DNA from: the human T2T-CHM13v2.0 reference genome, Homo sapiens
Length of the DNA stretch: 64,000 nucleotides
Strand: one strand, 5' to 3'
Assembly: GCF_009914755.1 (NCBI RefSeq)
Contig: NC_060925.1
Position 1 is the stretch's first letter. Each line of letters starts with the position of its first letter. This document shows positions 31,201 to 45,400 of the stretch, in pieces. Under the pieces are notes generated by a model. It saw only the letters and a program-made list of their open reading frames with translations, was not told the origin of the DNA and did not search any database. The position numbers were made by a program, and so were the translations under genes.

Positions 31201-33376
31201 CCTGGTTATTTTTGGTCAGTATTGATTTATCTACTACGGGTTTTTTGTGATTCTATAAGAATTTTAAGATTTCTTTTTTCTATTTCTGTGAAGAATGTCA
31301 TGAGTATTTTGATAGGGATTGCAGTGAATCTGTAGATTGCTTTGGGTAGTATAGACATTTTAATAATATTAATTCTTCTTTGAGCATGGGATATTTTTCC
31401 ATTTATGTGCTCTTCAATATCTTTCATTGGTGTTTTATAATTTTTCTTGTAGAGATCTTTCACTTCTTTGGTTGAATTTTTACTAGGTATGTTTTTGTAG
31501 CTGTTGTGATTGCTTTCTTGATTTCCTTTCAGATTGATCACAGATAGCATATAGAAATGTTACACATTTTGCGTGTTTATTTTATATCCTGCAACTTTAT
31601 TAAACTCATTTATCAGTTCTAAAAGTTTTTTGGTGGAATCTTTAGATTTTTCTAAATATAAGATCATGTCATCTACAAACAAGAATAATTTGACTTCTTC
31701 CTTTCTAATTTGGATGCCCTTTATTTCTTTCTCTTGCCCTATTGTGCTGGCTAGGAATTCTAGTACTATACTGAATAATTACAGTTTATAGTTCACCACT
31801 GAGCATCCTTTTCTTATTCCAGATCTTAGTGAAAGGTTTTCTATTTTAACCTATTCAGTATGACATAAGCTGTGAGTGTGTAATATATGACACTTATCTT
31901 GTTGAGGTATGTTCCTTCTATAAATTTGTTGAGGATTTTCATCACGAAGGGATATTGAATTTTACTGACTACCTTTCCAGCATCTATTGAAGTAATTCAT
32001 ATATTTTCCTTGATTCTGTTGATGTGTGATGTATTAAACTTATTTGACTTACATATGTTGAACTATCCTTGCATCACTGGGATGAATCCTACTTGATTAT
32101 GGTGAATGGTCTTTTTAATATATTGCTGTCTTCTGTTTATTGGTATTTTGTTGAGGATTTTTCCCTCTTTTTATCAGAAATATTGTCCTGTAGTTTTCTT
32201 TTGTTATCTTTGGCTTTGGAAATAAGGTCAGGGTGGCCTTGTAGAATGAGTTTGGAAGTATTTCCTCCTCTTCAATTGTTAAAAATAGTTTGAGTAGAAT
32301 TGGTATTAGTTATTCTTTAAATGTTTGGTAGATTTCAGCAGTAAATCCATCAGTTCCCTGGCTTCTCTTTGATGGGAGACTTTTTATTACTGTTCCAATC
32401 TATTACTTGTTATTGGCCTATTCAGGTTTTTATTTCTTCACAGTTGAGTTTTGGTAGGTTATATGTTTCCAGGAATTTTTCCATTTTTTCCTAGATTTTC
32501 CAATTTATTGGCATATAGTTATTCATAATGGTCGCTAATGATCCTTTGTGTATCTGTAGTATCAGTTGTAATGTCATCTTTTTCATCTCTGATTTTATTT
32601 AGTTGGGTCTTCTGTTTTTTCTTAGTCTAACTGAAGGTTTTAAAATTTTGTTGCTTTTCAAAAAAACAAACTTTTTATTTTGTTGGGGTTTTTTGTATTG
32701 TTATTTTAGTCTCAATTTCATTTATTTCTGCTCCATCTTTACTCATTTTTTTCCTACTAATTTTAGGTTTGGTTTGTTTTTCCTTTTCTAGTTCATTGAG
32801 GTGCAACATTAGGTTGTTTATATTTGGAGTCTATATTTTTAATGTAGGTATTTATTGCTATAGAACTTTCCATTAGTGCTACTTTTTCTGTATCCCGTGG
32901 GTTCTGGCATATTGTATTTCCATTTTCATTTGTTTCAAGAACTTTTTAAACTTCATTCTTAATTTCTTCATTGACCCATTGATCATCCAGGAGCATGTTA
33001 TTCAATTTCCATATATTTGAATAGTTTCCAACATTTCTTGTTATTTATAGTTTTATTCTGTTGTGGTTAGAAAAGATACTTGATATGATTTTGACTTTTT
33101 AAAACTTGTTGAGACATGTTTTGTGGCCTATCATATGGTCTGTCCTGGAGAATGTTCCATGTACTGATGAGAAGAATGTGTATTTTGTAGCAGTTGGATC
33201 AAATGTTCTGTGAATATCTGTTAGGTCCCTTTGGTCTAGAGTATAGTTTAATTCTGAGGTTTCTTTGTTGATTTTTCTGCCTGAATGATCCACCTATTGC
33301 CAAAAGTGAGGTGTTGAAGTCCCTTACTGTTATTGTATTGTAGTCTACCTCTCCTGTTTAGATCTACTAATATTTG

Positions 33377-33377
<1 letters not shown>

Positions 33378-33415
<38 letters not shown>
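33378..33415. repeat. (CT)n(AT)n microsatellite
   Basis: Read directly. Confidence 0.9.
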
Positions 33416-35441
33416 CCCTGCTATTTGGTTATATATATTCATAATTGTTATATCCTCTTTCAGAATTGACTCCTTGCTGAATTATTATATAACAATTTCC
33501 TTTGTTTCTTTATATAGTTTTTCACTTAAAGTCTATTTTATCTGATCGAAGTATAGCTAGTCTTGATCATTTTTGGTTTCCATTTGTATGGAATGCTTTT
33601 GGTTTCCATTTGCATGGAATGCTTTTCCCATCCCTTCACTGTTAGTCTATGTGTGTCTCTATAGGTGAAGTTAGTTTATTGTAGGCAACATATACTTGGG
33701 TCTTACTTATTAATCCATTCAGCCACTCCATGTCTTTTATTTGGAGAATTTAGTCCATATACATTCCATGTTATTATTGATAGGTAAGGCCTTCCTACTG
33801 CCATTTTATTACTTATTTTCTAGTTGTTATATAGTGTACCTCCTTACTTCCTTTCTTATTTTTGTGGTTAAGTGATTTTCTTTGATAGCATGTTTTAATT
33901 TGCTGCTTTTATTTTTTGTTTATCAATTATAGATTTTTGCTTTAGGTTACCATGAAGCTTACAAAAACATCCTGTAATTATAACAAGTTATTTAAAAGTG
34001 ATACCAATTTAACTTTTCATTGTAGCAGAAGAAAAGAAACAAAAAGAAAAAAACACATGCATTTTAATTCCCTTCTGTTCCTACATTTTAAATTTTTGAT
34101 GTCACAAGATCAAAATTTGCCTACCTCAAAAATTTTATAGTTGTTATTTTTAATAGTTTTGTCTTTTAATCTTCTTAATAAAATTTTAAATGGTTTAGAT
34201 GCCATGATTACAATATAACAATCACATTAGCATTATTTTTCCTATGCTTTTAAGAACTTCTTTAGCATTTATCATAGGCTAGGTCTGGTAGTGATACGTT
34301 TTCTCTGGAAAACTCATCTCTCCTTCATTTCTGAGGAATAACTGCTTGGTGCAGTATCCTTGGGGAACATTTTTTTTTTCCTTCAGCACTTTGAATAATA
34401 TCATCTCACTCCCTCCTGACCTGTAAAATTTCTGCTGAGAAGTCTGCTGCCAGGTGTATTTGATGTCCGTTGTATGTTATTTGCTTTTTTCTTGCTCTCT
34501 CACTGTTTTTAGGACCCTCTTTGCCTTTGACCTTTGTGAGTTTAATTATAATATGTCTTGGGGTCTTCTCACTTGGGTTGAATCTGATCGGTGACTTTTG
34601 ACCTTTGTGTACCTGAATATTTATATTTTTCTCCAGGTTTGGAAAGTTCTGTGTTATTTCTTTGAATAAGCTTGCAACTTCTTGTCTTTCTCAGTTCTCT
34701 CTTTAATTCCACTAACCCAAATATTTGCTCTTTTGATGTTGGTCCATAGGTCCCATAAGCTTTGTTCATTCCTTCTTATTCTTTTTTTTCTCTTCTGACT
34801 GTCTATTTTCAAATAGTCTTGTCTTTGAGCTCACTGATCCTTTCTTCTTTTTGATCAATTCCTCTGATACGCTCTATTGCATTTTTCATTTCATTTATTG
34901 AATTTTTTACCTCCAGGATTTCTGTTTAATTTTATTTTTTAAATCTTTTCTGTGAACTTTCTCTGAGAGATTTCTGTGAGCTTTCTTGAAGTTCACTGAG
35001 CTTCCTTAAAACTGCTATTTTGAATTATTTGTCTGAGAGATCACATATTTTCATCACTTTAGGGCCAGTCTTGGTGCCTTACTTTGTCCCTTTGACATCA
35101 TATTTCCCTGAATGTTCTTGACGCTTGAAGTATGATGATATCTACACATTGAGAGATTAAATATTTTAGTCTTCCTAGTCTGGCTTTGTTTGTGCCTGTA
35201 CTTCTTCAGAGGGTCTTCCAGAGATTCTAAGCCAACTGACTATTGTGTTCCCTGTGATCACCACAGTAATCTCAGCATTAGAGGATACTCTATTCCCTGG
35301 CTTGCTGTGAGTCTCACAATGGCTTTCTGGCCCAAACGGACCTGGGGAAGACCCAATGACGGTACTTGTGTTATGTGGGAACACTGGCCACCAGGGACCT
35401 GAGTCCTGAAGACTGTCCTAGTTTCCCAGACAAGTCTACTT

Positions 35442-36212
35442 CCCAGCAGGTCTCTGCACAGGTAGGTTGTGTCCCCAACTATAGCAAGAGGGGCAGAAGT
35501 TGAGACTGGACCCCTTCAGAATCTGCTGTGGGAAGGAGGCTGATGGGCCTTTCTCATTGGCTGAGACAGGCATGTGTTACTCAGCAAGTCTCTGCACAAG
35601 TGGAGTAGTTTCTTGCCCATAACAGGAGGAGCTAAAGCCAAGACTGGGCCTCCTCAGGGTCTGCTATAAGATGGAGGGTGGCCGGGTGCCTGTAGTCCTA
35701 GCTACTCGGGAGGCTGAGGCAGGAGAATGGCATGAACCCAGGAGGCAGAGTTTTCAGTGAGCCGTGATTGCAACACTGCACTCCAGCCTGGGGGACAGAG
35801 CGAGACTCCGTCTCAGAAAAAAAAAAAAAAAAAAAAAAAAAAATGGAGGCTGGCATACCTGCCACATTGGCTCAAATGGGCATGCATCTTCTAGTAAGTC
35901 CCTGCATAGACAGGATAGTTCCCCAACTATCAGCAGGAGGAGCTGGAGCAGAATCTGGGCCCTCATAAGATCTGCTGTGAGACAGATACTGAAGGGGTCA
36001 GTCTCAGCTCAGAGGGGTGTGTGTCACCCAGCAAGTTCCTGTAGAGATAGAATAGTTATCTGATTACAGAGAGAGGGTCTGGAGCTGTGACTGGGCCCTC
36101 TTGGGATCTGCTGTGGAATAGAAGCTGGAGAGCCCAGTCTTGTATCAGAAGGCATGTCTTTCCCAGGAGGACACTGCATCAATAGGATAGTTCCACGACT
36201 GCAGCAGGAGGT
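35442..36212. repeat. ~137-bp degenerate monomer array (~4.4 copies)
   Basis: Unit starts at 35442, 35580, 35890, 36027, 36162. Confidence 0.85.
35680..35843 (+). mobile_element. 5'-truncated Alu right arm (AluY-like)
   Basis: gaatggcatgaacccaggagg diagnostic; TSD atggagg(g/c)tgg; long pure poly(A). Confidence 0.88.
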
Positions 36213-36280
36213 GCTGTACATGCCTCTCTGCGGGTCTTAGCACAAATGGGATAGGTCTTTGACTGTCTTCAGTCTCTTTT

Positions 36281-38706
36281 GTCTAATATTGGTAGATCCA
36301 CTCCAGCTCTTATGGTTACTGTTTGCCTTATCCACACTTACACGTTTAAATGATTGTTTATTTCTATTTGAAGTGTATTTCTCAAGCATATAGTAGAGCC
36401 TCACTTTTTTATCCAATCTGACGATTTTTGCCTTTTAATAAGGGTATTTTAGACTATTTCAATTTCATATGATTATTGATATGGTTTGGTTCAAAATATT
36501 ATTTTCTGTTTTCTATTTGTCCCATCTGATCTTTGTTCTCTCTCTCTCTTTTTTGCTTTCTTTTGGATTTATGAAACATTTAAATGGTTCCAATTTCCAT
36601 CTTCTGTGGGTTTATTAGCTATTACTTTTATTGTTTAATTATTGCTTTAGTGTTTGTAATATATATGTTTAAGTTACCACAGTCTAATTTAAAGTGATAT
36701 TATACCACTTATATAAGGAATAAAAACCTTACAATAGTATACTTCCATTTCTCCCGTCTGACTTTTGTGTTATTGCTATCAAACATTTTAATTTTACATA
36801 TGTCATCATTCACACGTTACATTATGATTTTTGTTTTAATAATAATCTTTTAAAGAGATTTAAAGTAATAAAAATTACATATTTACCCATGTGGTTATCA
36901 TTTCCAAAGCTCTTCATTCCTTTGTCTATATTCCTTGTGTTTTTGCTTATGGTGAATTCTTTTAGGATTTTTAAGTCAAAAAATATCTTTATTTCCCTTT
37001 TGTTTTGGAATGATACTTTTGCTGGGTGTATATTTCTAACTTGACAGTTTTTAGTACTTTAAAAACATTGCTCCACTGTCTTCTCACCTGTATTTCCAAT
37101 GAGAAATCTGCCGTCATCCTTATCTTTGTTCCTTTATATGTAACGTGCTTTTTTCTCTCTGGCTCTTTTCAAGATTTTTCTTTATATCACTGGTTTTGGG
37201 CGGTTTGGTTATGATGTGCCTTGATATAGTTTCTTCCTTTGTGCTTGGGGCTCACTTAGCTTCTTGGATACATGGGTTTATGACTTTCATTAAATGTGGG
37301 GAAGTTTTAGCCATTATTTTTCTCAAATATTTTATTTGTACCACACTCTGTCTTCTCCTTTAGGGACTCCAATTACACATAGCAGGCACTTGAAGTTGTC
37401 CTACAGCTCTTTTTTTTCTGTGTTTTATTTGTTGTTTTTTTTCCCTATATATTTTATTCTGAATAGTTTTATTGCTAGATCTTCAAATTTGCTGATTTTT
37501 CATTCTGCAATATCTAATCTGCCATTCATCTCATCTACTATATTTTTTTTATCTCACACATTGTAGTTTTTATCTCTAGAGGTTCAGTTTTGTGTCTTTT
37601 TAAATATATATTCCATGTTTCTACTTAACTTTTTGAACATCTGAAATACAGTTGAAATAACTGTTTTAATAAATAGCTGCTTCTGTCAATTCTAACATCT
37701 ATGCTAGTTCTAGGTTGGTTTCAGTTATCTCTTCATTATGGGTTTCATTTTCCCGAGTCTTTACTTTGTAAATATTCTTAAGCTTTGTTTTAGAATGCAG
37801 TTGCATTACTTGGAAACAGTTTGATCATTTTTTTGTTTTGCTTTTAATATGTGTTAGGTGGGATCAGGTCAGTGTTCAGTCTGTGGCTAAGTATGGGAAA
37901 GACTTCTGGGTATTCAACCCAATGCCCTGTGAATTGTGAAGTTTTCCAGGCTGGCTGTTAGGAAGTGGCACTATTCCTGGCTTTGTGTGAGTGCTGTGCA
38001 CCATTATCTCCAATCTTTTTAGGTAGTTAATTTCTGAGCCTTGAATAGTTTTCTCACATGAATGTTGTGTTAGTCCCTTTTGCATTGCTGTAAAAGACAC
38101 CTGAGGCTGGGTGATTTATAAAGAGGCTTATTCTGCTCACAGTTCTGCAAGCTATACAAGAAGCATGGCACCCAGCATCTGCTTCTGGTGAGGACTCAGG
38201 AAGCTTACGATGATGGTGGAAGGTGAAAGGAGAGTAGGCGTGTCACATGGCAAGAGAGAGCAGGAGAGAGAAGGGGGAAGGTGCCAGCATCTTTTAAACA
38301 ACTAGCTTTTGCATGAAGTTAAAGAGCAAGAACTCACTCATTACCATGGGAAGGGCACTAAGCTGTTCATGAGGGATCCACCCCCAAGACCCAAACACCT
38401 CCCACCAGGCCCCATCTCCAACACTGAAGATCACACTTCAACACGACGCCTGTGATTCTCAGTGTTGGAACCTGCTGGGAGGTGTTTGGGTCATGGGGGT
38501 GGACGACACATCTCCAACATTGAGGATCACATTTCAACATGAGATTTGGAGGACACAAACATCCAAACTACATCAGGTGTGCTGATCAGTACTCAGCTGA
38601 ACACTTGAGGGACCTTCTGCAAATCTCTAGAGCTCTCTCCTCTGCAGTACTCTGTCTTGTAAATTGTTGCCACCTTGGTCTCCCTGTACTTCAGCAGCAG
38701 AGGTAT
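36281..38706 (-). mobile_element. L1MB 5'-ward segment (outer element)
   Basis: Resumes with gtctaatatt...cactccagct after the TSD; degraded L1M inter-ORF/ORF1 sequence. Confidence 0.65.
38066..38575. mobile_element. MSTB-like MaLR solo LTR with internal inverted triplication
   Basis: tgtgttagtcc...catctgcttctggtgaggactcaggaagctt...atccaaactacatca. Confidence 0.85.
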
Positions 38707-38857
38707 TCATGGGCAAGTTGCTTAAGTTTTCTGAACAGTTATTTTCTCATCAATACAGAAAGGATAATAGTATTTAGCTTATGATTCTACTGTGGGAACT
38801 GAACGAAACTGATGTTTGTACAGCACCTGGCACTTGGCAGATACTCAGCAAATATTT
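38707..38857 (+). mobile_element. MIR 3' half
   Basis: gggcaagttgcttaag...ctcatc...gataatagta...cctggcacttggcagatactcagcaaat. Confidence 0.65.
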
Positions 38858-39374
38858 GGGTCTTCCCTGTCTCTGCACCTGGTCGTTACTTCTTCCTGAT
38901 TTTTGTCTTGGGTTTGCAACCTGATTCCTGGCTGAGCTTTAGGTTGGTTTCTGTATAACGATCAACCAAAGCAGGTAATCACTCATGAGCCATTCAGGTT
39001 TTAACTTGATGAGTTTCAGAATTCTGCTATTCAAATGGCATTTAGGTAGAAACGTATCCTCCTGTAATTTGACATTTATTTTCTCCAAAATCTCATTCAG
39101 TTCAACCTGCAAGAATTATTTGAATTCACTTATTTGTAGTGTGAATGTCAGTAGGCTTTAGAAGGTCAGTGGTGCGTGGTGGAAAGAATTTAAGAGGACC
39201 AATGCTATTTGCAACCCCAGCGTGATTTTTCTGGGGTTTCCTAGTAGGTCATGAACGTCAACCTTTTACTTCCCCTTCTCATTTTGCCTCAGATTTCCCA
39301 AGGAGCTACATGAAGAACAGATGAGTGTTTGTCAGAACTTAACCATTTCTCTTTTATCTTCTCCCCTGTGGTAG

Positions 39375-39534
39375 TGTCTGGAGGTCGCAGCCGCCTGCAT
39401 CTCATTGATCTCGGCAGCTGTGTGAAAGCTCTTAGCAAAAATCGAGAAGGAGGCTCAGGGCTGTGTCTCTCGCTGTCTGCTCTGGGCAATGTCATCCTGG
39501 CTCTCGTCAATGGCAGCAAACACATTCCATACAA
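39375..39534 (+). CDS. KIF26B: KIF26B coding exon (probably exon 10), switch II region
   Basis: gtggtag|TG acceptor, AA|gtaagt donor. 160 bp: [54 protein letters not shown]; phase matches the previous exon (A+TG). Confidence 0.95.
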
Positions 39535-39899
39535 GTAAGTGACTCTTCTACTCAAAGAATGTGGTGGGGTAAGCATGGTGTGGGACGCTTTGTTCAGTGC
39601 CATCTGTGGAGAGGTGTGCCACAGAGGGACAGCCTGGACCCCATTATAAGTTCAGTGCCAGAGACCAGCCTTAGCTAACAGTTGTGTAATGCATGATCTC
39701 CCAAATTCAAAACTTTTGGAAATACTTAAATCTATTCCAGTTCTAACTTTAGGCTGCTCAAATTAGAGGAAATAGGAAATTATCTCAGTTGAGGTCTCCA
39801 CTCGCAAATGAAGGTGGTGGGTCATTGTCACCATAATAAAGATGTGCCTGTTTCATAGTGATGAGAGTGAGGGGTGGAAGACTGGCTTATCCTTAGGGG

Positions 39900-40045
39900 T
39901 AGGGCCACCAGACTTAACCAAAAAAATATAGGATATCCAGGCAAATTCAAATTTCAGATAACCAACAAATAAGGTTGTATTATAAGTATGCACCCCAACA
40001 TTGCATGGGACGCTCCTGGTGACATGTATTTTATCTGGCAACCCA
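39900..40045. mobile_element. MER53 (hAT MITE), internally deleted
   Basis: aaattcaaatttcagataaccaac...tattttatctggcaaccc. Confidence 0.65.
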
Positions 40046-40397
40046 ATCTCGGGAGTTCAGAAAGCTAGGGGAGTTAGCACCTGCCTTCCCATGCAAATGT
40101 TTAGTCACTTCCAGGATCCTTCCTGTCTCTTTACTACTGCTCCAATTAAATTACAGCCGCTCCTATGTCTGGCAGAGACAAAGCCACTCCACCACCATCA
40201 CCCCAACTAAGCGTTCTCATTGGACCGTGTGGTGGCAGGCCATTGACTGGCTGTCCAGGCTTCTGCCAAGGCCTAGCTGAGCCTCTTACTAGCTGCATGA
40301 ACCTTCATTCTTCCTAAAATGAGGGTTAAAGCTATACATGTTACATCACAGAAATATAAGGCTCAAAATGATAAAACATGTATAAAAGTTTATTGTA

Positions 40398-40774
<377 letters not shown>

Positions 40775-41621
40775 CTAGTCAAGCCTATCCTCACCTATTT
40801 AAAGGGAAAAAACACCGACCTTACAGAGTTGCCATGAGGTGAAGATTAACTAAATATATGTGGATTCATGGTTTTATCTGTAAAAACCCTACAAAACCTA
40901 CGTTGCTGTTGTGTAGGAGGAAAAAGTCGGGCAGTGTATTCTATAATTACTGAGATTCACAATGAGTGCTGGAGTTTTTCTTCCCCTCAGCCCTATGTTG
41001 ATGCCAGACCCCCCCACCAAATACATTGTGAGTTTATTTCCTACCAGGAGAACCATTACTGGACTGACTTTAGGAGCTTAAATGGTGATTATAATCCTGT
41101 CCATCTCATTTCTAGAAATTTGGAATCCTAGTTGGATAAACCCAGAAATGGTTTTCCCGGCTCTTGTAACAACCCTTTTCTATGGGAGAATATTCTGAGT
41201 TGAAGAATTATAGAGTTTCATTCGATGTCATTTCTGTAGTTGAGTAAATTCAGCTTGTGGGGAGAAAGGGCAGGGGAGGGAAACCGTTGGAGTTGGAGAT
41301 GAAGGGAAGAGTACTAGCACTCACTGGTTTCCATAAAATGAGAATCATGTCTGTTAATGTCAGAACTTCATAGATCATGATATAGATAAAATTCCAAATT
41401 GCACCTTAGCAGGAGGTCATTGATTACATATCTTACTTATAGCTTTTACACTGTTTCTGCAGGGCGACATGCTTTTATGATTTCTATAAATAGTTGTTGA
41501 ATTGATGGCGGGAAGATAGATGCATGTAAACATGAAATTATTTTTAATTTAAAGTAACTTCCTTTTAGTTAGAGTTGGGTTTTTTATAAATGAGTAGGGA
41601 AACATTAAAAATTGTTTTTAT

Positions 41622-41902
<281 letters not shown>

Positions 41903-44832
41903 AATGAAAGTTTGTATTAATCGTTCAAGCTTCGTGTTAATTAAGCATATTTTTAACATGCTGGCCCTACCAACTGGCTACCTGCCCTCCTGGGAGACAT
42001 CTCCACTCACCAGTCCCTGCAGACAGCTGCCTGCCTTCATTCCAGGAGTCCCCTTCCTTCTATTCTGGCACCAAGAGAGTGATCATTAAAGTGTTTCTGT
42101 GTCTCAAGTAAGCAGACTAGCTTCCATGCAGTGTCAGCACAAGACCCAATCCTGGAGCTGTCCCGTGGCCTGGTTGAGCTGTTGATGGCGTGGGTACAGA
42201 CTCACCAGCTGCCCTTGCCCTGCCCTGCCTAACACAACTCATCGAGACCTTGCTGGGTTGCCTGGTGCTGGAAACACGGTGGCCCTGGCCATCCAGCCAG
42301 CGCTGTCCTTCCCAAAACATCCATTGGCCAGTGCGTTTGTTCTGTCACCCCTCAGTGTCCTAATGCCCTTCATTGTACGTGATCTTAAAAAGACCCTTGC
42401 CGAAATGTTTTCTCCGAGTCTGGACCACGGCCTAGATTCAATATTTGGCATCTGCAAATGTACATTTACAAAGTGATTCATCAACTAGAAACTGTCCTCT
42501 TTTGAGGTACAGGAAGATAAGGCAAAGGTTTACTCAAATCACCCAGCCAGTGGGTGGCAGGATCAAACTGCCTCGCTCCTCACAGCTTCAGAGGCCTCGA
42601 CAGTTCCCAGCCTCACTGCAGACCCACGCCCACTTCTCATCAAGCTCCCGAAATGTCGGAGCTGCCTTCACTGCGCACGGCAGGGGAGCCCAGCACAGCA
42701 GGAAAGCCCCGATTTCTTTGATCAATTCCGTCAGTGCTCTGAAGCCACATTATGCAGCATTTTGTTAGCATACTAAACACCTTCAGGGTGTCAAGCCTTG
42801 TCTTTGCAGTGCGTTCCTTAGAGAAGTGGAAGTTTCCTGCCCTTGAGGTTTCCTCTTACTCCTCCTGCTCACTTACGGAGGGTGGCGGGGGGAACAAAAA
42901 TAGAAAACCAAATTCCATATTCTCTTTCCTTCCCCCACCCCCCCCAAAAAACACAGACACCCCACTACCTCTTCATTTGTCTCCCCAGACAACTCTGTAC
43001 TTGGAACCTGCATTACTTGTGCTTGCTCCTGGGAAATTCGCTGCAATGTGCACAGAGGGGCTGTAGCCTGTCTTCATTCCTCTTCATCATCTTACCAGGC
43101 TATTTGTCATGTGAGCAAGCTGGAAAGTGAGTTTGGATTCATTACCCATCCCAGGCATTCCCACAGGCACCCTCCATGTGCGCTGAATGCTTCTGACTTT
43201 GCAAATGATATTGCCCTTGAAGATGCAGGAGGCGTGGAGCAGGTTTCCAACCTCAGCCATTACACAGCACAGGCACATTACATGGCACAGGCTTGCCGGC
43301 CAGTCCAGGCGCCATAAATCAGTTCTCAACGGTGGCACCATTCAGAAAAGCATGCAGGGAAGGCAGGGAGACCACCAAGGGCTCCAACCCCTCGTCAGTT
43401 CTGCACTGACAGGCTGCACAAATTACTCTCTAATTTTTGAGAGCCTCCACCTCCAGGGAACCCTGCCCTCATTCGATCATTTTGACAGTGCATTTGCAAA
43501 TTTTCTTTATTCGGTACATTCATTTGCTGTTCCTTACTGCTCTTGGGCACCAAGGTGCTAGGAATCTTCCCATTTAATGGATAAGAAAAAATAGGCAGAA
43601 GCGTTGAAATGACTTCTCAGGCCAAAACCCAGTGTTGGACATCCCACAGGAGTTGGCCCCCAGAAGAACCGCCACAAGGATCTGTCAGGGTGAACTGAGC
43701 TTCGGCTAACGGGTGTTATGTCCCAGCTCATCTGAAGGACCACAGCTTTTCGAGACTCAGATTCTAACCATGACCCAATTATCTCAAAATAGAATTTCTG
43801 GTTCTCTTAGATGTTGCTTTGTAGAGGGCACAGGCCCTTAGAAAGCACACACCTGTCATGCAGGCGTCCTTCAAGCCCTGAAGCATTTACCTTCATTGAT
43901 GACTGCTGCTCCATATGGAGAAAGAATTCCTTTAATGGGTCATATGACCTGTTTGCTTATTTGCCAACACGGTGTTTCTAAACACTCTGTTTCTAAACAA
44001 CAGCTAGTTGCTAATGTCTTGGCTGCCCTTTAACAAGAGTTCATGGAAAGTCCTTCTGTGGCCCTCTCATGTCATGCCTGTCTGAGATGCTTCTCCCAGT
44101 CATCTTGAAAAATGGTGCTACATAACCATCCTGTCGTGGAAATGATGCCCGGCACCTCCCTCTCACGGGTTTGGTCTATGGTTCAGACCCAGACCTAATC
44201 CTTGTTTGTTGAGATCAGTCACTGAGACACTTTGGGTCTCAGCAGCTGTGCTGAGCTCGCCTCCTCCTCTCTCTGGTAGAGCCTGAGGCAATCTGTGATC
44301 CAAGCTGCAGGCCACGAGCAAACACCGCAGGCAGCATCCACTTCCAGAAGGCTGTGTTCCACAAAAGCGATGAGGACACCCATCCTCAGGGGCTATAATG
44401 GGAACTCTTTTCCTCCTAAGGCCCTAGTGAGGAGTCAGGAACCAAGGTCATCTTTAAGCTTGTAGCATCGGGACACACCAGTTCATTCAAAGCAGCAGGC
44501 AGCACTAGAAGCTCAAGTTCAAATCAGTGACTTGAAAGGAAATGACACTTCATAAGTAGAGGCAGCTTTTTCAAAATGCAAGCACCTTCTCATCCAAGAG
44601 AGGGTGGGGTTCTGGCACCTGTGGGTCACACTTGTGGCAGCAGGCCCAGCATTGGCAGGAACTTCAGGACGAGCCTCTGAAGGATGTGGACATTCCCCTC
44701 CTTGCCTGGAGAAGTGCTTCCTCCTAGAGCCCATGGAGATTTGGGATTAGCCTCTCCTTTCTCAGAACTGGAAACCCAGTACTCAAGGTCTGGGAAGCTG
44801 GGGAAAGGGGCTCAAGATTGCTGTTAGCTAGA

Positions 44833-45173
44833 GCGGGGTTCCAAACCCCCAGGCCACAGATTGGTACAGGTCCCTGGCTTGTTGGGAACCAGCCTGCACA
44901 GCAGGAGGTGAGCAGTGGGGGAGCATGACCACCTGAGGGCCGTTGGCTGTCTGATCAGTGGTGGCACTGGATTCTCATAGGAACCTCATGCTATTGTGAA
45001 CTGTGCGTGCGAGGGATCTAGCCTGTGCGCTCCTTATGAGAATCTAATGCCTGATGATCTGAGGTGGAGCAGTCTCATCCCCAAACCATTCCCTACTCCC
45101 ATTGGGTCCATGGAGAAATTGTCTTCCACGAAACCTGTCCCTGGTGCCAAAAAGGTAAAAGGGTTTGGGACTG
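44833..45173. mobile_element. MER1B (hAT-Charlie)
   Basis: gctccttatgagaatctaatgcctgatgatctgagg...gtccctggtgccaaaaagg. Confidence 0.85.
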
Positions 45174-45355
45174 CGGAGCCACGGCATTGAATTCCCATCT
45201 CACACAGGAGAGGAAAGGCTCTTCCTCAGGACTTGGATGTATATTACTTAGACGTACCATGAAATTAAGTAGATATTTGCCAGGAAAAATGCAAAGGAGT
45301 ATCAGTTCTCCAGATTTGTTTAAGATAGCATGAAACGGAGAGGTTCATGTAAGAA

Positions 45356-45357
<2 letters not shown>

Positions 45358-45399
<42 letters not shown>
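45358..45399. repeat. (TG)n(AG)n microsatellite
   Basis: Read directly. Confidence 0.95.

Positions 45400-45400
<1 letters not shown>

Larger units (their letters stand above)
29651..36265 (-). mobile_element. Near full-length L1MA-type element (~6.6 kb) with monomeric 5' region
   Basis: L1MA 3' end, ORF2 incl. endonuclease (YTFFSSVHGTFSRTDHMIGHK), ORF1 remnants; TSD tcttcagtctttttt (29636) / tcttcagtctctttt (36266). Confidence 0.8.
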
